Source: Squalus acanthias (lineage: Eukaryota). Taken from it: a DNA stretch of 60,000 nt. Under the pieces are notes generated by a model. That model worked only from the letters and a program-made list of their open reading frames with translations. It did not search any database and was not told the origin of the DNA. The stretch lies in the NCBI GenBank assembly GCA_030390025.1, contig CM059431.1, positions 152,522,001 to 152,582,000 on the forward strand. The letters are read 5' to 3'. Positions 11,283 to 24,959 of this stretch are shown piece by piece. The translations under genes and the position numbers were made by a program. Position 1 is the first letter of the stretch. Every line of letters starts with the position of its first letter.

Positions 11283-14200
11283 ATTACTAGTCGTGAATCT
11301 ACTCTAACATTACTGGTGGTGACCCAATTCTAACATTACTGGTCGTGACCCTACTCCAGCAATACTGGCGGTGACCCTGCTCTAACATTACTGGTGATGA
11401 CCCTGCTCTAACACTACTGGTTTTGACTCTACTATAACATGACTTCTGGTGACTAAACTCTAATATTACAGGAGTGTGACTCGACTCTAACATTACTGGC
11501 GGCGACTCTACTCTAACATTACTGGCCGTGAACCTACTCTTACATCAGTGATAAATCTAATGTAACATTACTGATGGTTAAGCTACTGTAAAATTACTAG
11601 TGGTGACCCTATTCTAATATTACTGGTGGGCTCCCATCTCTAATATATGTTGTGAATCTAATCTAACATTACTGGTGTTGATCCATCTCTAACATTACTA
11701 GTGATGACCCTACTTTACCATTACTGGTGGTGATCCTACTCTAACATTACTGCTGGTGGCCGTACTCTAACATTACTGGTGATGACCCTAATCTAACGTT
11801 ACTGGTGGTGACCGCTCTCTAAAACTGTTGATGGTGACGCTTATCTAACAATACTGGTGGTGACCAAAATGTAACATTACTTTTGGAGACCATACTCTAA
11901 CATTACTGGTGGTGACCCAACTCTAACGGTACTGGTGGTGACACTGCTCTAACATTATTGATGGTAACTCTACTTTAACATTACTGATAGTGACCCTACT
12001 CTAAAATTACTGGTGGTGTTACTTTTCTGACATTACTGGTGGTGACCCTAGTGTAACAGTATTGGTGGTGACCCTACTCTAACATTACATGTGGTGAACA
12101 TACTTTGACATTACTGAAGTGTGATTCTACTTTAACATTACTGATGGTGAATTTTCTCCAACATTACTGCTGGTGAATCAAATCTAACATTACTGGTGGT
12201 GACCCTACACTAACATTATTTTTTTGCCCCTATTCTAACAATACTGGTGGTGACCCTACTCTAACATTACTCGTGTTGACCCTATTCTAACATTACTTGT
12301 AGTGACCCTACTTTAACATTACTGGTAGTGAACCTACTCTAATTTTAATGTTGGTCAGCCTATTCTAACCTTTCTGTTGATTACTCCGCTTTTACATTAC
12401 TGGTGGTTACTCTGCTCTACCAATACAGGTGGTTACCATTCTCTCAATATACTGGTGCTAACCTACTGTAACATTATTTGTGGTGACCCTACTCTAACAT
12501 TACTTGTGGTGAACCTACTCTAGCATTACTGGTGGTGAATCTACTCTAACATTAGTCGTGAAACTAATTTAACAGTACTGGTGGTGAATCTACTCTAACA
12601 TTAGTGGTGAATCTAATTTAACATTACTGGTGGTGACTCTACTCTAACATTACTGGTGTTGACACTACTCTAACATTACTGGTGGTGACACTACTCTAAC
12701 ATTACTGGTGGTGCACCTTCTCTAACATTATTGCTGGTGACCCAGCTCTAACATTACTGGTGATGTCCCCGCTGTAACATTACAGATTGTGACCCTACTC
12801 TGACATTACTGGAGGTGAATCTACTCGAACATTAATGGTGTTGAATGAAATCTACCATTACTGCCATTGACACTATCCTAACATTGCTGGTGGGGACCAT
12901 ACTTTAACATGAATTTTGGTGAATCTAATCTGACATTACTGGTGATGACGCTGCACTTACAATAGTGTTAGATGTATAAACACTTATATTACTGGCGGTT
13001 AGTATACACTAACATTACTGGCTGTAACCCTACTCTCTTATTACTGGTTTTGAACATACTGGAGCATTACTGGTGTTGACTCTACTCTAACGTTACTGGT
13101 GGTGAATCTAATCTAACATTACTGCTAGTAGCCCTACCATAACATTACTGGTGGTGACCCTACTCTAACATTACTGGTGGTGAATATACACTAACATTAC
13201 TGGTGGTGAAGTTAATCTAACACTGCTGGTGGTGTCCCTACTCTAACATTGCTGGTGGTGAATCTACTCGAACATTTAAAGTGGTGACTCTACTCTAACA
13301 ATACTCATGGTGAATATACTGTAACATTACAGGTTTTGAATCTAAACTAACATTACTGGTGGTGACCCTACTATAACATTATTGTTGCTGCCCCTGCTAT
13401 AACATTAATGGTGGTGAGCCTATTCTAGCCTTACTGTTGACGAATCTGCTTTAACATTACTGTTGGTTACTCTGCTCTGCCTCACTGGTGATTACCATTC
13501 TCTAACTATACTGGTGCTTAACCTACTCTAACATTATACGTGGTGACTCTAGTCTAACATTACTGAGGTTTCATTACTCTAACATTAATGATTATGACTC
13601 TACTCTAACATTACCGTATGTGACCGCACTCTAAATTAACTGGTGGTGACCCTACTCCAGCATTACATTTACCAATACTGGTGATGACTGTACACTAACA
13701 TTACTGGTGTTGACTCTACTCTAACATTACGGGTGGTGGCCATACTCCTCCATTTCTGGTGATGACCCACCTCAAACATTATTGGTGTTGACCATATTCT
13801 AAAACTACTGGTGGTGACTGTACTATAACATTTATGTTGGTGAGCCTAATCTAACATTCCTGGTGGGGACACTACTCTAGCCTTACTCGTCGTAACCCTA
13901 CTCTAACATTACTGGTGTTTAACCTACTCTAACATTACAGGTGGAGACTCTGCTCTAACATTACTGATGGTGAAAATACTTTAACATTACTGGTGGTGAG
14001 TCTACTCTAACAAAGCTGGTTGTGACCCTAAACTAACATTACTGGTGGTGACCCTCCTCTAACATTATTGGTGGTGGCCCTACTCTAACATTACTGCTGG
14101 TGACTCAACTCTAACGTTACTGGTGGTGAATCTACTCTAACATTACAGCAGATAACCCTACTCTAACATTAATAGTGGCGACCCTACACTAACATTACTG

Positions 14201-15199
14201 CTGGTGAATCTAATGTAAGATTATTGCGATGTCTCTTCTCTAACAAAACTGGTGGTGACACTGCTCTAACATTTCTGGTGGTGAATCTACTCTAACATTA
14301 TTGTTGGTGAATCTAATCTAACATTACTGGTGGTGACTCTAATCTAACATTACTGGTGGTGAATCTAAACTAATATTACTGGTGGTGGACCTATTCCAAC
14401 ATTACTAGTGTTGACTCCCCTCTAACATTAAAGGTGGTGACTCTACTCTAACATTACTGGCGTTGACCGTACTCTAACATTACTGGTGGTGATCTTTGTC
14501 TAACTTTACTGGTGGTGACCCAGATCTAACATTACTGGTGAATGTACCTACTCCAACATTACTGAAGGTGATCCAACTCTAACAGTACTGGAGGTGACCC
14601 TGCTCTAACATTACTGATGGTTAACCTACACTAAAATTACTGGTGGTGATCCTACTCTAACATTACTGGTGCTAACCCTACTATAACATTACTGGTGGTG
14701 ACACTACTCTAACATTACTGGTGGTGACTCTACACTAACATTACTGTTGGTGACCCTTGCCTAACAATACTGGTGGTGACACTACTCTAACATTACTAGT
14801 GTTTAATCTACTTTAACATTACTGGTATTGAACCTTCTCTAACATTACTGGTGGTGACGCTATTCTAACATTAAAGGTGTTTACTCTACTCTAATATTAC
14901 TATTGGTGAACTACTCTAAAGTTACTGCTGGTGATCCTACTCTAATTTTACTGGTGGTCACGCTACCCTAACAATAGTGGATGTGGCCCTACTCTATCAT
15001 TACTGATGGTGTTTCTACTCTAACATTACTGGTGGTGACCCTACTCTAACATTTCATATGGTAACTATACTTTATCATTACTGGAGTGTGATTCTACTCT
15101 AACATTACTTGTGGTGAATCTACTCTAACATTACTAGTGATAACCCTACTATAACATTACTGGTGGTGACTCTACTCTAACCTTAGTGGTGGTGACATT
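11283..15199 (+). repeat. 26-bp minisatellite array (CTACTCTAACATTACTGGTGGTGACY), forward
   Basis: Continuous degenerate tandem copies with a 26-bp period. Confidence 0.97.
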
Positions 15200-16854
15200 T
15201 GTAGAATTCGCAATATATCGCGATTTTATTAATAAGGAGAAAACACAGAGTTTCGTTCAAACAGCTTTTATTTCAGCAGAATGCTGTCAGGTTTCTCAAA
15301 GTGGACACAAGCAGCCTGTAAAATGGCCGCCGCACCTCGTGACAGAACATTCTAGACTTTTCGACAGGCAGACAAGATGGCGTTCCAATAAACATTTGTG
15401 CAAGATCGATTAAGATTCAGCACATTGAAGATAATACACGAGACATTATGGGTTTACAGTATACACATAAATACTGAAATCGGTCTCCCAGGTACGAATG
15501 AAAGCTATTGTACCAAGTAATCAAGGGCCCATCCAAAGACATTAATATGTAAAATCCCAACGACTCTACGATGAGAGAGCCGTTAGCGGGTAGTTATACA
15601 AAACACTTGGAAGCCCCAAAACCCCTCCAGGGAGAACACCGACCGATTTAACAATGGGAGAAATATTAACAGGTACTCAGGCATTTACGAGTAGCCCCGA
15701 AACCCATTAAGAACGGAGATCACCCATACAAGACATTTGAGCGCCAAACCCAAACAAAAGAAAGGACATTAAGGTTGGGCGGGAAACGGAAGATTTTGTA
15801 CTATAATTACAAGCTCCAACCGTCCATCTTTCTCTTATTCTCTTATCCGATCGACTCGTAACCTCGTGGCTGCTCCTGTGTTTTGACTCGTAGTCTTGTT
15901 CCTGCTTGCCTGGTGCCTCTTTGAAAAGACTGTTGAACTTTATGATCCGTTCGGATCTACCTCGTGTCGCGTAACGAAGACCTATGTTGGTAACTGGCAT
16001 CGGAACCAAAGGCCCGAGATGAGATGAGATGAGATGAGATGAGATGAGATGAGAAGAGAGGAAGACCATACTCATCGCCACGGTCAGTAAGCCCCGACCG
16101 CGCCTGTAGGTCGAATAGCCAAGTTTCCTTGCCAGGGAGACTTCTTTGAACTTGCAAGAACGGACCTCGGAAGATCCTCCAAGATGATATTGACTGGTCT
16201 GTGAAACCCATTCGGACAGTGCCTGTTAAACCAACCAACACAGATCTTCATCACAGCAGACGTTCCAGCCTGCTAGCTGGAGCAGAAGCAAGTAAACAAG
16301 TGGGACCAGGAGACCTCCTGATCGACACGTGGGTGCTGTGGTGAAAACATCCGATCAGCTATTCGGAATTTCTCCGAGTTATCACGAGTGGTGAGCATGA
16401 GTCTCGAATCCTACGAATCTAGCTAGGACAGATATTGATAGGGGAGGGTTTAAGTATTAAGGATACTTGTAATGTGTGCCCCTATTTACGGTGTGTCGTT
16501 CGTTCCTCGTTTCCCGAGAATTAGTTATACAACTGCGTGTAAGATTGTACTGTCATTAATCTGTGCTTATGACATGTATTTCGTAATCTTAAATATCATG
16601 CAATAAAGATTTTCCATTTCGTAACATTCAACCGAGTCTACATGAGTTTCATCTCCATTACTGCTCTCGCATCTAAGTCCAGTGTCTAGAACCGTAAGGG
16701 CGAGTGATTCGAACCACTCACAGGTGTGTCTAGTGCTCCCAGACTGGCTGGAGACCAGAACAGGCAACAAGGCCTAAACCCGCACTGACATACAGGCTGC
16801 ACAGAGCCGCGTGAATCTCACAGGCTGCGAGACACGCACGTCAAATCCCTTACA
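15200..16854 (-). mobile_element. Solo LTR, 1655 bp
   Basis: Starts TGTA, ends TACA; 4-bp TSD CATT at 15196-15199 and 16855-16858; no coding capacity. Minus-strand AATAAA about 70 bp from the 15200 end suggests the orientation. Confidence 0.8.
16016..16053. repeat. (GAGAT)n microsatellite within the LTR
   Basis: About 7 perfect copies. Confidence 0.95.
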
Positions 16855-18865
16855 CATTACCCTAACATTAATGCTGGTGACGCTACTCTAACATTACTGG
16901 TGTTTGATCTACTCTAACATTACTGGTGTTGACCCTTCTTTAACATTACTGCGGGTGACCTTACCCTAACATTACTCGTGTTGACCCTACTCTAACATTA
17001 CAGGTGTTTTCCCTACTCTAATATTACTGGTGGTGACCCTACTCTTCCATTACTGGTGGCGAATTTACTCTAACATTACTGGTGGTGAACCTAATCTAAC
17101 ATTACTGGTGCTGAACCTAATCTAATATTACTGGTGGTGAACCTATTCTAACATCAGTGGTGATGACTCTACTCTAACATTAGTGGTGAATCTAATCTAA
17201 CACCACTGATGGTGAAATATCTCGAAAATTAATATTGATGACCCTACTCTAACATTACTGCTAATGACTCTACTCTAACATTAATGGTGGTGAGCCTATA
17301 CTAACCTTTCTGTTGATTACTCTGCCTTTACATTACTTTTGGTTACTCTGCTGTACCAGTACTGGTGTTTACCATTCTCTAAATATACTGTTGCTAACCT
17401 ACTGTAACATTATATGTGGTGCACTACTCTAACATTACTGGTGGTGACCCGACTCCAACATTACTAGTGGTGACTCTACTCTAACATTACTGGCGTTGAC
17501 CGTACTCTAACATTACTGTTGGTGACCCTTCTCTAACATTACTGGTGGTGACCCAGCTCTAACATTACTGGTGATGTCCCTACTGTGACATTACTGATGA
17601 TGACCCTACTGTGACATTACTGGTGGTGAATCTACTCGGACATTACTGGTGGTGACTCTACTCTAACATTACTGGAGGTGAAACTGCTCTAACATTACTG
17701 GTGTTGAATCGAATCTACCGTTACTGGTGGTGACACTATCCTAACATTGCTGTTGGGGACCATACTTTAACACGAATTTTGGTGAATCTAATCTGACGTT
17801 ACTGGTGATGACGCTACACTTACATTAGTGTTGGATGTATAAACACTTGCATTACTGGTGGTGAGTATACACTAACATTACTGGTTGTAAACATGCTCTC
17901 TTATTACTGGTGTTGAATCTACTGGAGCATTACTAGTGTTGGCTCTACTCTAACGTTAATGGTGGTGAGTCTACTCTAACATTACTGGTGGTGACTCTAC
18001 TCTATCATTACTGCTGGTGGCCCTACTATAACATTACTGGTGTTGACCCTACTCCAACGTCACTGTTGGGGAATCGACTCTATCATTACTTGTGATGATC
18101 CTACACTAACATTTCTGGTGTTGAATATACACTAACATTACTGGTGGTGAATCTACTCGAACATTTAAGGTGGTGACTCTACTCTAACATTACTGCTGGT
18201 GAATATACTGTAACATTACCGGTGTTGAATCTAACCTGACATTACTGGTGGTGGCCCTACTATAAGATTATTGGTGGTGCCCCTACTCTAACATTAATGT
18301 TAGTGAGACAATTCTAGCCTTACTGTTGATGACTCTGCTTTAACATTACTGGTGTTTACTCCAGTCTGGCTCACTGGTGGTTAGCATTCTCCAACTATAC
18401 TGGTGCTCAACCTACTCTAACATTATACGTGGTGACTCTAGTCTAACATTACTGAGGTTTCATTACTCTAACATTACTGATTATGACTCTACTCTAATAT
18501 TACCATATGTGACCGCACTCTGAATTAACTGGTGGTTACCCTACTCCAGCATTACTTTTACCAATACTAGTGATGACTCTAAACTAACATTACCGGCGTT
18601 GACTCTACTCCCTCATTACTGGTGGTGAAAATAGTCTAACATTACTGATGTTGACTCTACTTTAACATTACTGGTGATGACTGAAGTCTAATATTATTGG
18701 GGATGTCGCAACAAAACATTACTGGTCGTGAATCTACCGCAACGTGACTTATAATGACCCTTCTCTAACATTAATGGTGTTGATACTCTCCTAACATTAC
18801 TATTGGTGACCCCACACTATCATTAAATGTTGTGCCTCTACTCTTACATGACTTGTGTTGACTCT
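16855..18865 (+). repeat. 26-bp minisatellite array, forward (continuation)
   Basis: Same unit resumes after the LTR TSD. Confidence 0.97.
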
Positions 18866-19213
18866 TTCTGTGTGGTACTCTTCTATGATTCCATAGGCCG
18901 TATAATGCTTCTGTCTAAACACTGAACTCGAAATAAGAAAAGCTTCTAGTTTGACAGATACCTCTCGCTGATCTTTAGCATCCTCCTGTAAATTTTCGTT
19001 GCCTGCCCTTCGTTGACCAATACTGCTATTGTCTGAACTTCCCTCCACTGTTTTCCCTTTAACACCAGTGTACGCTTTCCTATATATCGTTTGTCCTTCA
19101 CCATCCTTCCTTTGTTAAAATCAACTTTCAGCGATCTTTCCTTTCCAGACCATTGGAACATTTGATCTCCATTGAACAAAACATTTTAAATCTTCAGGCC
19201 TTTAAAATGCAAA

Positions 19214-19895
19214 CATAGAATCATAGAAAGTTACAGCACGTAAGGAGTCCATTTCGGCCCATCGTGTCCGTGCCGGCCAACAAAGAGCTATCCAGCCTAA
19301 TCCCACTTCCCAGCTCTTGGTCCATAGCCCTGCAGGTTACAGCATCCCAAGTGCACAACCAAGTACTTTTAAAAAGTGGTTCGGGTTTCTGCCTCTACCA
19401 CCCTTTCAGGCAGAGAGTTCCAGACCCCCACAACCATCTGGGTGAAGAAATCTCCCCTCAAAACCCCTCTGATGCTTCCACCAATTACTTTAAATCTGTG
19501 GTCCCAGGTTTTTGACCCCTCTGCAAAGGGAAATAGGTCCTTTCTCCACACTTTTTCTAGGCCCCACATAATTGTATACACCTCAATAAGGTCTCCTCTC
19601 AGCTTCCTCTGTTCCAACGGAAACAAACCCATTCTATCCAGTCTTTCATCATAGCTAAGATTCTCTACTCCCGGCAACATCCTTGTAAATCTCTTCTGTA
19701 CCCTCTCTCGTGCAATCACATCTTTCCTGTAATGTTGGGAGCAGAAGTGCACGCAGTACTCTAGCTGAGTTCGAACTACTGTTTCATACAGTTGAAGCAT
19801 AACCCCCTGATCTTGTATTCTATGTCACGGCTAATAAAGGAAAGAATTCCGTACACCTTCTTAACTAAATTATCTACCTGGCCTGCTACCTTCAG
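19214..19895 (-). mobile_element. 5'-truncated CR1 3' fragment
   Basis: CATAGAAT tail; LYETVVRTQLEYCV...FFTQMVVGVWNSLP. Confidence 0.9.
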
Positions 19896-19904
19896 AGGTC
19901 CCTT

Positions 19905-21325
19905 TGTTATAGAGTTATAGAGTAAAACAGCACACCAAGAGGCCCTTCGGCCCATCGTGTCCGCGCCGGCCATCAAGCCCTGTCTATTCTAATCACATTT
20001 TCCAGCACTTGGTCCGTAGCCGTGTATGCTATGGCGTTTCAAGTGCTCATCTAAATGCTTCTTGAATGTTGTGAGGGTTCCTCCCTCTACCACCCTGTCA
20101 GGCAGTGAGTTCCAGATTCCAAACACCCTCTGGGTGAAAAAGTTTTTCCTCAAATCCCCTCTAAACCTCCTGCCCCTTACCTTGAAACTATGACCCTGGT
20201 TATTGACCACTCCACTAAGGGGAATAGTTCCTTTCTATCTACCCTATCTATGCCCCTCATAATTTTGTACACCACAATCAGGTCCCCCCTCAGCATTCTG
20301 TACTGTAAGGAAAACAACCCCAGCCTGACCAGTCTCTCTTCATAGTTGGAGCGCTCCAGCCCAGGTAAAATCCTGGTGAACCTACTCTGCACCCTCTCCA
20401 ATGCAATCACACCCCTCCTATAGTATTCTGACCAGAACTGCACACAGTATTCCAGCTGTGGCCTAACTACCGTTGTGTACATCTCCATCATAAACTCCCT
20501 GCTCTTATATTCTATGCCTCGACTAATGAATCCAAGTATCCCATATGCCTTTTTAATCAACTTATCTACCTGTCCTGCTGCCTTCAGAGATCTATGTGCA
20601 TGCACACCAAGGTCCCTCTGGTCCTCTGTACTTCCTAGGATCCTACAATTCATTCTGTATTCCCTTGCCTTGTTAGTTCTCCCAAAATGCATCACCTCAC
20701 ACTTTTCAGGGTTAAATTCCATTTGCCACTGTTCTGCCCATCTAACCAACCCGTCTATATCGTCCTGTAGACTGAGACTTCCCTCCTCGCTATTTACCAC
20801 ACCACAAATTTTCGTGTCATCTGCGAACTTACTGATCATACCTCCTATATTCATATCTAAATCATTAATGTACACTACAAACAGCAAAGGACCCAGCACC
20901 GAGCCCTGCAGTACACCACTGGAAACAGGCATTGAGTCACATAAAAAAACTACGACCATCACCCTCTGCCTCCTGTAACTAAGCCAAGTTTGGATCCAAT
21001 GTGCAAAATTGCTCTGGATCCCATGGGCTCTTAACATCTTGACCAGTCTCCCATGTGGGATTTTGTCAAATGCCGTACTGGAGTCCATGTATACTACATC
21101 AACTGCACTACCCTCATCCACACACGAAGTCACCCCCTCGAAAAATTCAATCAAATTGGTCAGACATGAACTCGCACTGACAAAGCCATGCTGACTATCC
21201 CTAATTAATCCCTGCCTCTCCAAGTTAAGACTGATTCTGTCCCTCAGAATTTATTCCAATAATTTCCCTGCAACTGATGTTATGCTCACTGGCCTGTAAT
21301 TCCCTGGTTTATCGCTACTACCCTT
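19905..21325 (-). mobile_element. CR1 RT fragment
   Basis: TTATAGAG tail; ORF 20177-21223 with QHGF, QGSVLGP and FADDTK. Confidence 0.92.
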
Positions 21326-24300
21326 AAGAACATAAGAACATAAGAAATAAGAGCAGGAGTAGGGCAATTGGCCCCTCGAGCCTGCTCCGCCATTCAATAA
21401 GATCATGGCTGATCTGATCCTAACCTCAAATATAAAGAACACAAGAAGTAGGAGCAGGACCCGGCCACTCAGCCCCTGGGCCCGCTCCGCCACCCACAGG
21501 GCCTTGACCGATCCGAACTCAGCCTCATGTCCAATTTCCTGCCCGCTCCCCGTAACCCCTAATTCCCTGTACTTCAAGGAAACTGTCTATTTCTGTTTTA
21601 AATTTATTTAATGATGTTGCTTCCACAGCTTCCTGGGCAGCAAATTCCACAGACCTACTACCCTCTGAGTGAAGAAGTTTCTCCTCATCTCAGTTTTGAA
21701 AGAGCAGCCCCTTATTCTAAGATTATGCCCCCTAGTTCTAGTTTCACCCATCCTTGGGAACATCCTTACCGCATCCACCCGATCAAGCCCCTTCACAATC
21801 CTATATGTTTCAATAAGATCGCTTCTCATTCTTCTGAACTCCAATGAGTAGAGTCCCAATGTACTCAACCTCTCCTCGTATGTCCACCCACTCATCCCCG
21901 GGATTAACCGAGTGACCCTTCTTTGTACTGCCTCGAGAGCAATATGTCTTTTCTTAATTATGGACACCAAAACTGTATGCAGTATTCCAGGTGCGGTCTC
22001 ACCAATACCTTATATAACTGCAGCAATACCTCACTGTTTTTATAATCTATCCCCCTAGCAATAAAAGCCAACATTCCGTAGGCCTTCTTGATCACCTGCT
22101 GCACCTGCATACTAACTTTTTGATTTTCTTGCAATAGGAACCCCAAATCCCTTTGTACTGCAGAACTTTCCAGTTTCTAGCCATTAAGATAATAACTTTC
22201 TCTTTGATTTTTCCTGCCAAAGTGCATAACCTCACATGTTCCAATATTGTTTTGCATCTGCCGAATCTCCGCCCACTCAGCCAGCCTGTCTATATCCCCT
22301 TGTAGGTTTTTTATTTCCTCCTCACTTTCTGCTTTCCCTCCCATCTTTGTATCATCTGCAAACTTTGATAAGTTGCACTCGGTCCCTTCCTCCAAATCGT
22401 TAATATCGATTATAAAGAGTTGGGGACCCAGTACCGACCCCTGCGGAACACCACTGCCTACTGGTTGCCAGTCCGAAAATGAACCATTTATCCCAACTCT
22501 CTGCTTCTTGTTAGATAACCAATCCTCCACCCAATCCAGTGATTTTGAGCACTAATCTTTGATGTGGCATTTTGTCGAATGCCTTCTGGAAGTCTAAATA
22601 CACTACGTCCACTGGTTCCCCTTTATCCACCCTATACGTTATGTCATCAAAGAACTCAAGCAAATTTGTCAGACATGACTTCCCCTTCATAAAGCCATGC
22701 TGAATTTGTCCTATTAAATTATGTTTATCTAAATGTTCCGTTACTGTCTCCTTAATAATAGACTCCAAAATTTTACCCAACACAGATATTAGTCTAACTG
22801 GTCTATAATTTCCATCCTTCTGCCTACTACCCTTTTTAAATAAGGGTGTTACATTAGCAGCTTTCCAATGTGCTGGGACCTTTGCCGAGTCCAGGGAATT
22901 TTGGAAAATTATTACCAAAGCATTCACAATCCCTACTGCCACTTCCCTCAAGACCCTAGGATGTAAGCCATCAGGTCAAGGTGATTTATCTGCCATGAGT
23001 CCCATTATTTTACTGAGTACCAATTCCTCAGTGATTTTAATCGTATTTAGCTCCTCCACCACTAGAGCCCCCTGTTTGTACAGTGTTGGGATATTCTTAG
23101 TGTCCTCTACCGTAAAGACTGGAACAAAATATTTGTTCAGCATTTTTGCCCTCTCCATGTTTCCCACCATTAATTTCCCGGTCTCATCCTCTAAGGGATC
23201 TACGTTTGCCTAAGCCACCCTTTTTCTTTTTATATAACTATAGAAACTCTTGCTTTCTGTTTTTATATTTTTTGCTAATTTATTTTCATAATCTATCTTC
23301 CTTTCTTAATCAATCCTTTAGTTACTTTTTGCTGTCTTTTTTAGACTTTCCAATCTTCTATCCTCCAACTAAGTTTGGCTACCTTATATGTCCTTGTTTT
23401 TAGTCGGATACTATCCTTAATTTCTTTACTTAGCCACGGATGGCTGTCATTTCTTTGACACCCTTTATTCCTCAGTGGAATATATTTCTTTTGAAGGTTG
23501 TAAAATAACTCCTTAAATGAACACCGCTGCTCATGTACCGTCTTACCCTTTAATCTATTTTCCCAGTCCACTTTAATCAATTCCGCTCTCATACCATCAT
23601 AGTCTCCTTTATTCAAGCTCTGTACGCTTGTTTGAGAACCAACCTTCTCACCCTCTAATTGGATATGGAATTCAACCATGTTATGGTCACTCATTCCAAG
23701 GGGATCCTTAACTAGGCCATTATTAATTAATCCTGACTCATTACACAGGACCAGGTCCAAGGTTGCTTGCCCCCTTGTAGGATCAGTTACATACTGCTCA
23801 AGAAATCCATCCCTAATACACTCAATAAACTCTTCCTCAAGGCTGCCCTACCCAATTTGATTTGTCCTGTTAATATGATAGTTAAAATCCCCCATAATTA
23901 TATCTGTTCCCTTATTACATGCCCCAAATATTTCCTGATTAATACTTCTTCCAGCAGAGTTGCAACTATTAGCAGGCCTATATACTACTCCCACTGGTGT
24001 TTTTTCCCCCTTATTATTCCTTATCTCCACCCAAACTGTTTCATTATCCTGATCCTTTGACCCAATAATATTTCTCTGTATTACAGTGATTCCTTCCTTT
24101 ATTAACATAGCCAGGTCACCTCCCCTTCCTTCCTGCCTGTCCTTCCTGATTGTTAAATACCCTGGCATATTTAGTTCTCAGTCGTTGTCACCCTGCAGCC
24201 ATGTTTCTGAAATGGCCACAAGATCATACCCATACGTAGTTATTTGTGCCGTTAACTCGTCCATTTTGTTACGAATACTACGTGCATTCAGATAAAGAAC

Positions 24301-24955
24301 TTTCAAATATGTTTTGTGACACTTAGTTCCTGCTTTTTCCTTTTTTAACACTTTACCTTTTACTCCATACCTTCTGTCCCTTCCCGACACGCTTCCCTCT
24401 GTCACCCGGCTCAGGTGCTCAACCCCCTGCCACTTCAGTTTAAACCCTCCCCAACAGCACTAGCAAACACTCCCCCTAGGACAGCGATCCCGGCCCTGCC
24501 CAGGTGCAGAACGTCCGGTTTGTACTGGTCCCACCTCCCCCAGAACCGGTTCCAATGTCCCAGGAATTTGAATCCCTCCCCCTTGCACCATTCCTCTAGC
24601 CACGTATTCATTTGAAATATCCTCCTATTTCTACTCTGACTAGCACGTGGCACTGGTAGCAATCCTGAGATTACTACCTTTGAGGTCCTATTTTTTAATT
24701 TACCTCCGAACTCCCTATATTCTGCTTTTAGGACCTCATCCCCTTTTTTACCTATATCGTTGGTGCCTATGTGCACCACGACAGCTGGCTGTTCGCCCCG
24801 ACCCCTCCAAAATGTTCTGTAGCCGCTCCGAGACGTCCTTGACCTTTGCACCAGGGAGGCAACACACCATCCTGGAGTCTCGGTTGCGGCCGCAGAAACG
24901 CCTATCTATTCCCCTTACAATTGAGTCGCCTATCACTATAGCTCTTCCACTCTGT
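21326..24955 (-). mobile_element. Long degenerate CR1 with esterase ORF1, APE and RT; an extra short 3'-end fragment is nested at ~21430-21530
   Basis: (CATAAGAA)n tail; fragmented ORFs with GDSIVRG, HIGTND, YLNARS, MGDFN, FADDTK. Confidence 0.92.
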
Positions 24956-24959
24956 GTAT

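Noticed and set aside
15707..16241. ORFs inside the LTR as viral accessory genes
   Set aside because: Short, overlap the GAGAT microsatellite and show no recognisable motif.
11283..18865. 26-bp array as a CRISPR array or repetitive protein gene
   Set aside because: Units are contiguous with no unique spacers, there are no cas genes, the period is not a multiple of three and stops are frequent.
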